A stretch of DNA of 64,000 nt from Ostrea edulis (GCF_947568905.1 NC_079169.1:16802001-16866000); one strand, 5' to 3'. Counted from the first letter of the stretch, positions 25,101-36,689 are shown. Made by a program: numbers and translations. The notes: generated from the letters alone by a model not told the origin.

Positions 25101-27473
25101 TGTACAAGTGTACCAAGTTTGATGTCTGTCAAGCAAAGGGTTCTCAAGATATTGTAGGGACAGTATATTCCTATGTCCAGTTTGACCCTTGACCTTTGGC
25201 CAGGTGACCTCAAATTCATTAGTAGTCATCTTCTCCTGATGATGTACCAGTGTACCAAGTTTGATGTCTGTCAAGCAAAGGGTTGTCAAGATATTGAAGG
25301 GACAGTATATTCCTATGTCCAGTTTGACCCTTGACCTTTGACCATGTGACCTCAAAATCAATAGGGGTCATCTTTTCCTGAAGATGTACCAGTGTACCAA
25401 GTTTGAAGTCTGTCAAGCAAAGGGTTCTCAAGATATTGACCGGACAGTATATTCCTATGTCCAGTTTGACCCTTGACCTTTAACCATGTGACCTCAAAAT
25501 CAATAGGGGTCATCTTTTCCTGAAGATGTACCAGTGTACCAAGTTTGAAGTCTGTCAAGCAAAGGGTTCTCAAGATATTGACCGGACAGTATATTCCTAT
25601 GTCCAGTTTGACCCTTGACCTTTGACCATGTGACCTCAAAATCAATATGGGTCATCTTCTTTTGAAGATATACCAGTGTTCCAAGTTTGATGTCTGTCAA
25701 GCAAAGGATTCTTGAGACATTCAGTGGTCAATATATTCCTATGTCCAGTTTGACCCTTGACCTTTGACCATGTGACCTCAAAATCAATAGGTGTCATCTT
25801 CTCCTGATGATGTACCAGCGTACCAAGTCTGATGTCTGTCAAGCAAAGGGTTCTCAAGATATTGAGCGGACAGTATATTCCTATGTCCAGAGTAGATTGA
25901 CCCTTGACCTTTAACCTTTTGACCTAAAAAACAATAGGGGTCCTCTTCTTTTTATAACCAACCCACATATGAAATATCATTACAATCAAGTGAATGGTTC
26001 TCAAGATATTGAGCGGACAACTCATGGTCTACCACATGGGGTTAAGACCAGCAGTTTGACCTTGACCTTTGACCACGTGACCTGAAAATCCATAGGGATC
26101 ATCTACTCTCTAAGGAAAGCCTCTGTATCAATTTTGGCTATTATCAAGCAAAGGGGTCAAAAGATATTGAGCGAACACATGGGCTTAAAACCAGAGGTTT
26201 GACCTTGACCTTTGACCATGTGACCTTAACGTCAATAGGGATCATCTACTCTTCAAGGGCAACCCTTGTATTAAGTTTGGTAGTTATCATGCATAGGGGT
26301 CAAAAGTTATTGAGTGGACAACACATGGTCTACCACATGGGGTAAAGACCAGCAGTTTGACCTTGACCTTTGACCTGAAAATCAATAAAGATCATCTACT
26401 CTCCAGGGGCAACCCCTGTACCAAGTTTGGTTGTTATCAAGCAAAGGGGTCGAAAGATATTGCGCGGACAACACATGGTCTACAGACCGACCGACCGACA
26501 GTTGCAAAACAATATGCCCCCTCTTTTTCAAATGGGGGCATAAAAAGTGAAACACGCGAAAATGCAAAACCAAGGAAATCTTATTTATTATACAAGTAAT
26601 ACTATACCAGGGATCCCTCCTGTATACTACTTTAGACGGTCCATGTGGTTTTAATAACATTCATTTACGTATTTGGATTTGTCTGATACTTTAACATTTA
26701 AATGACTCCGCATCAAAATAGTAGAGCTCAAAACCAGACACTGAGACATCGGACATTCCGGTTCGGTGTAAAAAATGATGTATCGGACCTGAGGCACTGC
26801 ACATCGGTCAGGTCCAACGGTCCGATGTCTTTCGCATAGACTGCAATAGTATACATAGTTAATTAAACTGCAGAAGTAACTAGAACTGTCCTTTTAAGGA
26901 CTAATACCCCCCCCCCACACACACACACTATATATATATAATGGATAAAAACAAGCTTCCTCTGATCAAACCAGAAGTTGTCTAATCAAATTGACATCTA
27001 GCATATTATTATTAATTTTTTTTTTTGGATTGAAAATGTTGCTTTTCAAAAACAAGAGGCCCAGGGGCCTTATAGGTCACCTGAGTATCATGTAACAACC
27101 TTCCAATGTTTGAATTAGGTTTGTGTTTAAATATAAGAATTTTACTTTTGGATGGAAGAAACATTGAATAGCTATGTGGTCAGCCCCGCCTTTGCACCAG
27201 AACCCCTGACCCAGGGGCCATAAATTTCAGTTTTGAAAGAAGCATCCTTGATCATCATTATCATACTATTAGTTTGTCTACTTAATAACCAGCAGCAGAG
27301 GAGAAGATTTTCAAAGAAATAAAATGCATTTTCACTATATGATCAATAGGGCCCCACCCTAATACCAGAACCCCTGATCCAGGGGCCATGAATTTCACAA
27401 TTTTGAAAGAGGCATCCTTTCTCATCATAACCATGCTATTGGCTATTGGTTTGTCTACTTAATACCCAAGGAC

Positions 27474-27523
<50 letters not shown>

Positions 27524-30451
27524 GAGCACCACCCTAGCACCAGAACCCCTGATCCAGGGGCCATGAATTTCACAATTTTTAACAAGAGGTACTGTGAGCA
27601 ATGCTCACTAAGAATACCCCCCGCTTACCCCAATCTCCCAAAGGGTGTTGGTAATAGGTATAAACTACCTCTTTTCTGAGTGTTGCTACTTCGATGTCCA
27701 GTGCACTTGACATCTGACCTTTTGACCCCAAAATCAATAGGGAACATCTTCATTCCATGGGTAGTCCAAATGTATGATATGGTGACTGTAGGTGGAAAGG
27801 ATAACGCTTTAGAGCCCGGAAACCATATTGCTACTTCAATGTCCAGTGCGCTTGACCTTTGACCTTTCGACCCCAAAATCGATAGGGAACATCTTCATCC
27901 CATGGGTAGTCCATATGTATGATATGGTGACTGTAGGTGGAAAGGATAACACTTTAGAGCCCGGAAACCATATTGCTACTTCGATGTCCAGTGCACTTGA
28001 CCTTTGACCTTTTGACCCCAAAATCGATAGGGAACATTTTCATCCCATGGGTAGTCCATATATATGATATGGTGACGGTAGGTGGAAAGAATAATGCTTT
28101 AGAGACCAGAAACCATTGCGTCTACAGACGGACAGACAGACGGACAACCTGATTCCAGTATACCCCCCCACAACTTGTTGCGGGGGGTATAAAGAGGCAT
28201 CCTTGCTCATCATTACCATGCTATCAGTTTGTCTACTTAATACCCAGAGACAGAGACGAAGATTTTCAAAGAATTTCTACATTTTCACTATATGACCAAT
28301 AGAGCCCCACCCTAACACAAGAACCCCTGCCCTAGGGGCCATGAATTTCACAATTTTGGTAGAGGGCTCAACGCTCATTATAATTATGCCCACAGTTTGG
28401 CTTCTTGATGTCCAGGAGTAAAGAAGAAGATTTTTTAAAATTACACTCATTTTGATGGTTTTTGCCCCACCCCTCAGGCCCCAGGGGGGCAGGGACCACG
28501 AATTTCACAATTTTTGTTCCCCTCCACCCACAGATGCTATATGCCAAAATTGGTTGAAATTGGTTCAGGGGTTTCAGTGAAGAAGCTGAAAATGTTCAAA
28601 TGTTAACGCACGACGACGGACAAAAACAGATAGCAATAGGTCACCTGAATGAATTCAGGTGACCTAAAAATCAATGAATCAATCAAATATTAAAATATTT
28701 CCGGTGATGCTCAATATGAATACTATTCTAATGATTTATATCATTTCTCTTCATTCGGTACATGGTTTAAAAATTGAGTGTACAAATTTTCAGAAAAATC
28801 CATAGAGTAGTTTCTTAGAACATGCACGGACAAAATCATGTCTACAGACAGATAGACAGACCGACATAATGATTCCAATATATACCCCCCCTCCCCGCAA
28901 CTTCATATCTCCCTCTCAAACATCATACTTCACCCCTTCAGCAGCCTCGTGTATTTTTCATAAATTTTACATCTAGGTAGACGTAGTTTATTGTGATGTC
29001 ATTGTGATGTCACAATAAGCTATCATATTTTGTATGGCACAAAGGGAATTTGTTTAAATCTCTGATACACAGTTAAATCGCCTGATTTTGGTTGATACAA
29101 AAACAAGCAAGTAAATCAGCATTCAAGAAAAATAGAAATATAAAAACTGGTTATCATATTACTGTATTTCGTTGTTTGTACCTTCTAATTAATACGCTGA
29201 CGGTGCGGTGTTACCGTTAGGGCGATCTCAGCTACATACAATGTATAGATGAGAGGACTCCAATTTTAAATTCAAATACATTTTTGTAGTCTTGCTTTGT
29301 TTTGGTATAATAAACAATTTATTGCATGGATGTTCGGAAGATATGAAGATGTATTCACCCAAGAAATATCATATTCCCCTGAGCCTGAGGGGAATATGAT
29401 TTTTCTTGGGTGAATTACATCTTCATATCTCCCTCACTATCATGTAATACATTTATATCAGCGTTACTCAGTAGTATGCAATGTATGACATCACACTGTG
29501 ACATCATAGTCAGTTATGTCACATATAACCAATATATAGTTGAATAGATTCACAACATATGAAAAAACAGATTATGCATTTTATTACCTCATTTGAAAGA
29601 AAACCCCTCTTTTAAGCCTAATGTATGTGTATCTGTTATTTAGAAGTGTATCCTACAAACCTGGCAGAGGTTGGTGTGTTTCGAGGTCCCGAATGGGCAC
29701 CATAAACATGTGAATACCACAATTCTTTCCTTGTGTGTATAGCTGGGCCATGACCAGGCAATGATTGGTGGACTTTCCCACTGAAAATAGTGTATCACAT
29801 CATTGGTTAGACATCAAGCAACACACCATTTTGAATTATGGGTAGGTAGAAAAAATGTTTTATTATTGAAATATGTATTAATAAATTTGTTGGATCATAT
29901 TTTATTAAATTCAAAGTCCATATTATCTATAAAAAAAAAATATGGCTATTTTTAACTTGATTGACTTTTCCCACTGAGCCGACATTCTCTCTAACAGATT
30001 ATATTGTATACACACAATTTCCTGGCCAGTACTTCATGGAGGTAATGGTGGGTGAGTTCAGGACAAATTCTTTGGTCTTTGGATCGTATGTTGAGGTTGT
30101 CTCTAACCCTCTGATGAATGTGCCTGCAAGCAATCACAAGTCACTATCAAGTAGAAAGAGTATCAGAAAAAAGGACAAGAGTTGTCACATGACAGAATAG
30201 CTCACAGGGAAGCGTGAACCTACTTACCTCATCCTTCTTGATTCAAAACATTATATAGAGCTGAGGTTGAAGATTTTGAAAAGTAGGTCAAATTTCAAGG
30301 TCAAGAGTCTTGATACAAATTGAAAAGCCTGGTCATGAGGCATCTACTTGCAAAATATCAAAGCTCTATCCCCCTTGGTTCAAAAGAAATAGCCAAGGTT
30401 AAAGTTTTTGAAAAGTAGGTCAAATCCTACATCAAGAGTCTTGATATCAAT

Positions 30452-30492
<41 letters not shown>

Positions 30493-33400
30493 AACGACAA
30501 TCAAAATGTTTAGATTCTATGTAATGCCTTACCATGCCCCATTTCTGTCTGAGCATATGTTCCAATCATTTTCAGACTTTCAGCTAGTGGCAGCCATCTT
30601 TCTTTCTGTTCTTTTGTTGCTTGTTTTTCTATGGTGGGAATAAACATAGCTGTGTGTAGGCCAATTGGACTGTTCTCATGTGGGGTTGCTGCTCTGTAGA
30701 AAATAAAATATAATGGTGGAAACATATGTAATATAAAACTACTGCTTACCATTTTCTTTACATGTCAATTATTCTAAATGTCTTTCATGATGTATGCTTG
30801 AAGTCAAAAGCTGTGACACTGTCAATTGCAATTCCAAAACGAGGCCACAGTGACCTACTTTTGGGAGCTACATCACCCTCCCCCACAAGATGCATTAACT
30901 GACCAAGTTTGACAGTCCTAGGCCTCACAGCTTACATACAGTCCTAGGCCTCACAGCTAACAGACAGCCCTAGGCCTCACAGCTTACAGACAGTCCTAGG
31001 CCTCACAGCTTACAGACAGCCCTAGGCCTCACAGCTTACAGACAGTCCTAGGCCTCACAGCTAACAGACAGTCCTAGGCCTCACAGCTAACAGACAGTCC
31101 TAGACCTCACAGCTAACAGACAGTCCTAGGCCTCACAGCTTACAGACAGTCCTAGGCCTCACAGCTAACAGACAGTCCTTGGCCTCACAGCTAACAGACA
31201 GTCCTAGACCTCACAGCTAACAGACAGTCCTAACTTCACAGCTTACAGACAGTCCTAGGCCTCACAGCTAACAGACAGCCCTAGGCCTCACAGCTAACAG
31301 ACAGTCCTACGCCTCACAGCTAACAGACAGTCCTAGGCCTCACAGCTAATAGACAGTCCTAGGCCTCACAGCTAACAGACAGTCCTAGGCCTCACAGCTA
31401 ACAGACAGTCCTAGGCCTCACAGCTAACAGACAGTCCTAGGCCTCACAGCTAACAGACAGTCCTAGGCCTCACAGCTAACAGACAGTCCTAGGCCTCACA
31501 GCTAACAGACAGCCCTAGGCCTCACAGCTAACAGACAGTCCTAGGCCTCACAGCTAACAGACAGTCCTAGGCCTCACAGCTAATAGACATTCCTAGGCCT
31601 CACAGCTAACAGACAGTCCTAGGCCTCACAGCTAACAGTCAGCCCTAGGCCTCACAGCTAACAGACAGCCCTAGGCCTCACAGCTAACAGACAGCCCTAG
31701 GCCTCACAGCTAACAGACAGTCCTACGCCTCATAGCTAACAGACAGTCCTAGGCCTCACAGCTAACAGACAGTCCTAGGCCTCACAGCTAATAGACAGCC
31801 CTAGGCCTCACAGCTAACAGACAGTCCTAGGCCTCACAGCTAACAGACAGCCCTAGGCCTCACAGCTAACAGACAGTCCTAGGCCTCACAGCTAACAGAC
31901 AGTCCTAGGACTCACAGCTAATAGACATTCCTAGGCCTCACAGCTAGCAGACAGTCCTAGGCCTCACAGCTAACAGACAGCCCTAGGCCTCACAGCTAAC
32001 AGACAGTCCTAGGCCTCACAGCTAACAGACAGTCCTAGGCCTCACAGCTATTAGACATTCCTAGGGCTCACAGCTATTAGACATTCCTCGGCCTCACAGC
32101 TAACAGACAGTCCTAGGCCTCACAGCTAACAGGCAGTCCTAGACCTCACAGCTAACAGACAGCCCTAGGCCTCACAGCTTACAGACAGTCCTAGGCCTCA
32201 CAGCTAACAGACAGTCCCAGGCCTCATAGCTAACAGACAGCCCTAGGCCTCACAGCTAACAGACAGTCCTTGGCCTCACAGCTAACAGACAGTCCTAGGC
32301 CTCACAGCTAATAGACATTCCTAGTCCTCACAGCTAACAGACAGTCCTAGGCCTCACAGCTAACAGACAGTCCTAGGCCTCACAGCTAACAGGCAGTCAT
32401 AGGCCTCACAGCTAACAGGCAGTCATAGGCCTCACAGCTAACAGACAGACGGGTAATCTTAAAGACGGGCGTATATCAAGACAGAGACTAATCAAATCAT
32501 ACAATCTAATTTACACCTGCCGGACTACAGAATTTGACCATTTCTGCATGTTTTGCCACATTTCACAATGCTAAATAGATACTGCATAAATTCAAAATCA
32601 AACATGTATCTACAAAATTGTGTATTTTCACATCTTATAAACCTTTACTTCTATCTACATGCATCTGCTCCAAATGAAATTGCAATCTACAAACATATAT
32701 TGTAATGCAATCCAATTACATGTTTAAAGATAATGATGTAATTAAAAGCATTCTCTACATTCACAGGTGTTGATTTTTTTTATTTCTTTTCACATTATTT
32801 TTTGATTTTAAGTTTCCAACAAAGAGAAAATTTAAAACTTACTCTTGATAGTAGAACCTTTCAGCAGGTTCGGTGAGAGCAAACTCTTTAAGCTGTTTGT
32901 TAATGTGAATATTTTTCCACAAAGATGTCTCATACTGTTCCTCTCGAGTTTGAAATGCCCAAGGCTTAGCCCTCCTTAAGACCGGGTCTTTTATAGCCAA
33001 GTTGTCTGTAGAAAAAAAAAGAGATGTTTTCAACATGAACATGATTACTTGTTATTTTTTTTATACATGTATGAATGACAAATTAAGCTCAAACACATGC
33101 CCCAGTAAATGTACTATCTGTGAACATCGAACATTTGAGTGTTCCGAGTATTAGTTATAAGTATCACTTGTCCCTCAGGCCTTATCAGTCACCTGAGTAT
33201 TAGTTATAAGTATCACTAGTCTCACAGGCCTTATCAGTCACCTGAGTATTAGTTATAAGTATCACTAGTCCCACAGGCCTTATCAGTTACCTGAGTATTA
33301 GTTATAAGTATCACTAGTCTCACAGGCCTTATCAGTCACCTGAGTATTAGTTATAAGTATCACTAGTCCCACAGGCCTTATCAGTTACCTGAGTATTAGT

Positions 33401-36257
33401 TATAAGTATCACTAGTCCCACAGGCCTTATCAGTCACCAGAGTATTAGTTATAAGTATATTAGTCCCACAGGCCTTATCAGTCACCAGAGTATTAGTTAT
33501 AAGTATCACTAGTCCCACAGGCCTTATCAGTCACCTGAGTAGTAGTTATAAGATCATCATCCACTGTACTGTACAATCTCAGATCCTCCACACTGACCAC
33601 TATACTGAATAACCCCTACTCCAGATTGATAGAAATAGATATCATGCTTGACATCTATATTTTTATGCATTTTCAGTTGTAAATTACTAAGTATTCAGTG
33701 TTTTTCATGCAGGAATTGTTACTTTATTTAGACAATTTCCCCTCACAAATATTCCCAAACTTTCCAAATGAGATTAAGTGATTAAAGCTTTATTTCAACT
33801 TTATAAAAAGGTTTTTCATTTTGTCATAGAATGAATTTAATTGTTGCAATATGATCTGATTTGCATCAGTTTACACTTTAAAATCCGTGAAACAAAATAT
33901 TTCAGATATATCTTTGTTTTGCACTATATCATTCAATCATCATGCAGATATTGATATATATTTTTTTATCCCGGTGTATTGAGTACGTCTTGTTGACATC
34001 AAGAAAACAATCTGTATTGGACAGGTTTCATTCTAATGATTTTCTATTTAATAGAAGGCCTAAAGCTGCAATGTAAATTAAGAAATAATACTAATAACAA
34101 GCATTCTATAAGTATTTTTTTGCGTAATATTCTGCATGAGCCCTCCCAATAACTTTAATTGTTACAGTATGATTGATTTTTGCATTTTCCTAAATTCTAA
34201 TATTCAAAACATGTCAAGGATCATCTCCAAACAAGGATATTTTTATAGTCGCATAAAACAACTCTTCATTCGTATCCCCAGCCTTGAGTTCTACTGCTAT
34301 GTAGGCACAACCTCACCGAGTCGTCCTCCAGTATTCTGTACAATGGAGCATCTAAAGACCGGCATTTTTTGCTTCTGTCTGTGTTTCTGTTAATATGTGA
34401 TATCTAGATCTCTTGTGTGTTTTAAATAAAAAATCACATATTTTTGGACAATCTGGGGGATGAAAGGTGAAGATTACGAACAGTGATCAATCTCATAACT
34501 CCTATAAAGGTGAAGATAATGAACAGTGATCAATCTCATAACTCCTATAAGCAATACAAAATAGAGTAGGGCAAACACGGACTCTCGGATATACCAGAGG
34601 TGGGATCAGGTGCCTAGGAGGACGTTCTAATACCAAATATTAAAAGCATTTTGATCTCTTGTAACATACAGATGTAGATGCAGTGAATTAGATAAAGTGG
34701 TATACATTGAATTATATAGATCTCACACCATAAAAAAAAAATACAGGGAACTAGACATTGATATTCTGTACGTTCCGTGATAATGCCGACACCAATTTGG
34801 GGTTTTTCCAGGGACGGGTTGTTACTGTTCTTATCCGTAGAAAAATCAGCGTTTACGTGTCTGCATTGTGATAAGACAGTGTTGACACCAGCATTACAAT
34901 GTCATAGAACCCAAAGATGCCGGATATCCGTTGATCACCCCGGATGGCTAGAATTTTGCATCTGACATCAACCATCTCCTGATCTGTGAATGTGAAAGGG
35001 GCTTAACAGGCGATATGTATAATCGGGTTAAACAGGTTGGGAACACTTCCCGGCCATCAGAGAGATATATCTGATCTGTCCCAATATTTCTCAAAGGACT
35101 ACTGTTCTGTAGCTATTTAACAGGTTGGGAACACTTCCCCTATAGCAAGATATTCTTGCTAAAACGTGATTATCCCTCTCTAGCGAGAGAAAATATATCT
35201 CGTACAACCGAGAAAAACACCCGTGGAGTACATCTCTTCGTGTTTCATGTGAAAAGAAGAAAAAGTGCTAAAATGTCTGATACTTCTGCAAATATATTAA
35301 TCAAACCAAAAACGCTCACGGTGTGCATTGGATTTCAGACTGCTTCCTTCTCACTAGTGTTGAAAAATCGGGAAAAATTTCATACTGGATAATCAGTCAT
35401 AATCGGAGGAACTGTAACAATCAATGATGGATATAATTGGTATAAATTTACATGTAGTTGATAAATGTTTATTATTTTGGGGGTTATTTCTATTTAGTTT
35501 TATGAATATGTGCAGCATACACACTAGGTGGTGTTACTGAATTCCCACTTTTTAATGCGGTGTCCACTCTGACTATCCCCACACGTCTCAATATAAAAGC
35601 GGGAATAACAGTCAGATGAATCTTGGAGTAGATATTAATTAGTGTACAGGCGACAATCGATTATGAAAAATAGAATCGAAATTGAAGAGCCAAAAACGAT
35701 TGACAATCAACTGCCGGCGACAATCGTTTCCTTACTACCTCTTAAGCAGCTACTTTGATATGAAATTTCTGACTCTGTTGTCAATTTTATAGAGACAATT
35801 CGCGTCATGTTGAGTGTATGTCGCACTTATTCAACATTGCACAGAATTTGCCATTATTTTAAATAAAGGCGCAGAAACACCCGTTTATCATTTTATGATA
35901 ATGTGAGGCTATGGGGGATTTCCCAATCCCATCCCCACATAGGTTAACCTATAGCCTAAGCCATGAAGATGTAGACTTGGTAATACCCAACTCTGTGTTT
36001 CATTTATTTGAAGTTGCATTTACTTACCCTAGGCCTAGTTAGAATTGCAATTACTGACAGTTATCGACAGGTTCAAAGTCCAACCTACCACTGATCATTA
36101 CAATACATATATTGTAAACGTTACACTTACGTATATAACGCCTCCTTCTCACTTTTTCGGGACCTCTGTAAATAAAATTTGTGAGATTTTCAACGTCAAA
36201 AGTGGCATTCCTTCTTTCTCTTGCAAGATCCGAATTTACTCCTTCTATTGCCGCCAT
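16094..36257 (-). CDS. ACOX1: Peroxisomal acyl-CoA oxidase 1; 14 exons, 2010-nt CDS, 669 aa
   Basis: All 13 introns are GT-AG and phases join into one frame. Motifs [42 protein letters not shown], catalytic YEGEN, LGRYDG, and PTS1 SKL*. Confidence 0.97.
16364..16584. repeat. ~50-bp tandem repeat with embedded CA microsatellite, ~4.4 copies (ACOX1 intron 13)
   Basis: GTTACAGAACTG starts at 16364, 16412, 16462, 16512 and 16564. Confidence 0.9.
16621..16827 (-). CDS. ACOX1: ACOX1 exon 13 (207 nt)
   Basis: DGFFDSNQV...[47 protein letters not shown]. Confidence 0.95.
17007..17153 (-). CDS. ACOX1: ACOX1 exon 12 (147 nt)
   Basis: [15 protein letters not shown]...[19 protein letters not shown]. 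Confidence 0.93.
17413..17735. mobile_element. Fold-back repeat with nested palindromes (17413-17466 and 17609-17735) in ACOX1 intron 11
   Basis: AGGTTATATACTTTGTATGGGAAATATGACGACC pairs with its near-perfect reverse complement around an ACGGACC...GGTCCGT core. Family not identified. Confidence 0.55.
18168..18273 (-). CDS. ACOX1: ACOX1 exon 11 (106 nt)
   Basis: [35 protein letters not shown]; donor GTAAGT. Confidence 0.92.
18583..18735 (-). CDS. ACOX1: ACOX1 exon 10 (153 nt)
   Basis: [23 protein letters not shown]...AYEHRAA. Confidence 0.93.
19032..19222 (-). CDS. ACOX1: ACOX1 exon 9 (191 nt, catalytic Glu)
   Basis: [14 protein letters not shown]...[17 protein letters not shown]...[15 protein letters not shown]. 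Confidence 0.96.
19393..19555 (-). CDS. ACOX1: ACOX1 exon 8 (163 nt)
   Basis: [30 protein letters not shown]...GNLESMPQ. Confidence 0.95.
19603..19847 (+). mobile_element. Deu-domain SINE-like element in ACOX1 intron 7
   Basis: CCCCTGCTTGTCGTAAGAGGCGATTAAATGGGGCGGTCCTTCCGATGAGACCGC...CAATCAATCAAT. Confidence 0.8.
20515..21084 (+). repeat. 44-bp tandem array (~13 copies) of a tRNA-like 5' half containing a Pol III A-box
   Basis: Unit GTGGATATCAGCTGAGATAGCTCAGTGGTTAGAGTGTCTGACTA; TAGCTCAGTGG fits the A-box consensus TRGCNNARYGG. Confidence 0.93.
21085..21147 (+). mobile_element. 3' half of the tRNA-like (LTR-like) element that seeded the 44-bp array
   Basis: Degenerate T-arm CCGGGGCTGATTTCC, then TTTTCTCCTTTCCCACTACA, similar to the 3' end of 37823-37936. 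Confidence 0.55.
21741..21940. other. Assembly gap (200 N) in ACOX1 intron 7
   Basis: Direct. Confidence 1.
23239..23408 (-). CDS. ACOX1: ACOX1 exon 7 (170 nt)
   Basis: [25 protein letters not shown]...[13 protein letters not shown]; the acceptor is purine-rich (see findings). Confidence 0.9.
23556..23910. mobile_element. MITE with ~24-bp TIR (CATCTAACCTC(C/G)GATGTAT) in ACOX1 intron 6
   Basis: Inverted copies near 23556-23580 and 23887-23910; no clear TSD. Confidence 0.55.
24459..24574 (-). CDS. ACOX1: ACOX1 exon 6 (116 nt)
   Basis: [39 protein letters not shown]. Confidence 0.95.
24914..26546 (+). mobile_element. HINE / non-autonomous Helentron with a 142-bp internal tandem array (ACOX1 intron 5)
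   Basis: 5' AAACAAGAG, subterminal ATGCCCCC, (GACC)n microsatellite, 3' palindrome ATGCCCCC...GGGGGCAT then AAAAA. Repeat-derived ORFs are spaced 284 bp apart (2 x 142). Confidence 0.85.
27049..28670 (+). mobile_element. HINE with ~167-bp Cg170-like satellite units, interrupted by a nested HINE
   Basis: 5' AACAAGAGGCCC...AGGTCACCTGA; 3' palindrome AGGTCACCTGAATGAATTCAGGTGACCT-AAAAA; units contain GAAGATTTTCAAAGAAATAATGCATTTTCACTATATGA...AACCCCTG. Confidence 0.85.
27581..28192 (+). mobile_element. Nested HINE with a 145-bp internal repeat (~3 copies)
   Basis: 5' AACAAGAGG, (GACA/GACG)n microsatellite, 3' ATACCCCCC...GGGGGGTAT. The host unit resumes exactly (AATTTT|...|AAAGAGGCATCC). Confidence 0.85.
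29316..29456. repeat. Near-perfect ~140-bp palindrome (fold-back element core)
   Basis: GAAGATATGAAGATGTATTCACCCAAGAAATATCATATTCCCC pairs with GGGGAATATGATTTTTCTTGGGTGAATTACATCTTCATATCT. Confidence 0.75.
29661..29780 (-). CDS. ACOX1: ACOX1 exon 5 (120 nt)
   Basis: [40 protein letters not shown]. Confidence 0.95.
30016..30123 (-). CDS. ACOX1: ACOX1 exon 4 (108 nt)
   Basis: [36 protein letters not shown]; donor GTGTGT. Confidence 0.93.
30455..30487. repeat. (CT)n microsatellite (ACOX1 intron 3)
   Basis: Direct. Confidence 0.95.
30533..30693 (-). CDS. ACOX1: ACOX1 exon 3 (161 nt)
   Basis: [12 protein letters not shown]...[11 protein letters not shown]; donor GTAAGG. Confidence 0.95.
30914..32447. 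repeat. 26-bp minisatellite, ~59 copies (CCTAGGCCTCACAGCTAACAGACAGT), ACOX1 intron 2
   Basis: Direct periodicity; flanks resemble the HINE ACCAAGTTTG / ACAGAC microsatellite region. Confidence 0.97.
32843..33005 (-). CDS. ACOX1: ACOX1 exon 2 (163 nt)
   Basis: [25 protein letters not shown]...; polyT-CTACAG acceptor, GTAAGT donor. Confidence 0.93.
33146..33553. repeat. 49-bp tandem repeat, ~8 copies (ACOX1 intron 1)
   Basis: Unit GAGTATTAGTTATAAGTATCACTAGTCCCACAGGCCTTATCAGTCACCT. Confidence 0.95.
34463..34622 (-). mobile_element. PLE 3' terminal fragment with its terminal ~43 nt duplicated in tandem
   Basis: AAAGGTGAAGAT.A.GAACAGTGATCAATCTCATAACTCCTAT occurs twice. Confidence 0.8.
35511..35630. 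repeat. Unidentified ~120-bp dispersed repeat, copy 1
   Basis: Homologous to 42356-42474; contains TATAAAAG inside a CTCTGACT...AGTCAGA stem. Confidence 0.6.
36131..36257 (-). CDS. ACOX1: ACOX1 exon 1 coding part (127 nt)
   Basis: [42 protein letters not shown]; donor GTAAGT. Confidence 0.93.
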
Positions 36258-36262
36258 TTTAA
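36250..36262 (-). promoter_or_regulatory. YY1-like motif (AAAATGGCGGC) overlapping the ACOX1 start codon
   Basis: Motif match only; no TATA box seen upstream. Function is inferred. Confidence 0.3.
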
Positions 36263-36689
36263 GACCGGTACTAGGTAAATCGTACAAAAAAGAGGTCTCA
36301 AATTAGAACGTGTACGTGAGATCGCTCGTTGACCAGTACATGTACAAGTGTTATCGGGAGTTCAAATCAGCACGCTATTTTTTGGTTCTGGTTCATTATT
36401 CAGAATGAGGGAGCAAAGTCTGTACCGCTCATCGAAGTAGATCACTAGTACCCCAAGGGTTATGAAAAACTTTTTTACTGTTCTGTATATCTTTAAGCTA
36501 AATTCTAGTATTAAGCAGCAGTATAAAATAAGATGTGTTCTATTAAAACGCAAATACCCCCTACCCCACCCCTCTCACCAAAAGTGACCAGACTGAGGGA
36601 CCGTTTTTTATATTTCAGACTTTAGTATTATCATTAACAATATTGTGACCAACTAGGCTTACCCTTTGAAAAAAAAAATACAGCACTTA

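Noticed and set aside
25074-28021. Repeated 60-95 aa ORFs in ACOX1 intron 5
   Set aside because: They are translations of the 142- and 145-bp HINE monomers.
30124-32842. A second, mutually exclusive ACOX1 exon 3
   Set aside because: No YAQTE-like coding segment was found by eye in introns 2 or 3.
16094-36257. U12-type introns or stop-codon read-through in ACOX1
   Set aside because: No donor matches RTATCCTT; the stop is TAA-A and SKL already precedes it.
36258-36287. N-terminal extension MYDLPSTGLK of ACOX1 in the ORF track
   Set aside because: It starts at TTG, not ATG; the ATG at 36257 has good context and matches homologous N-termini.
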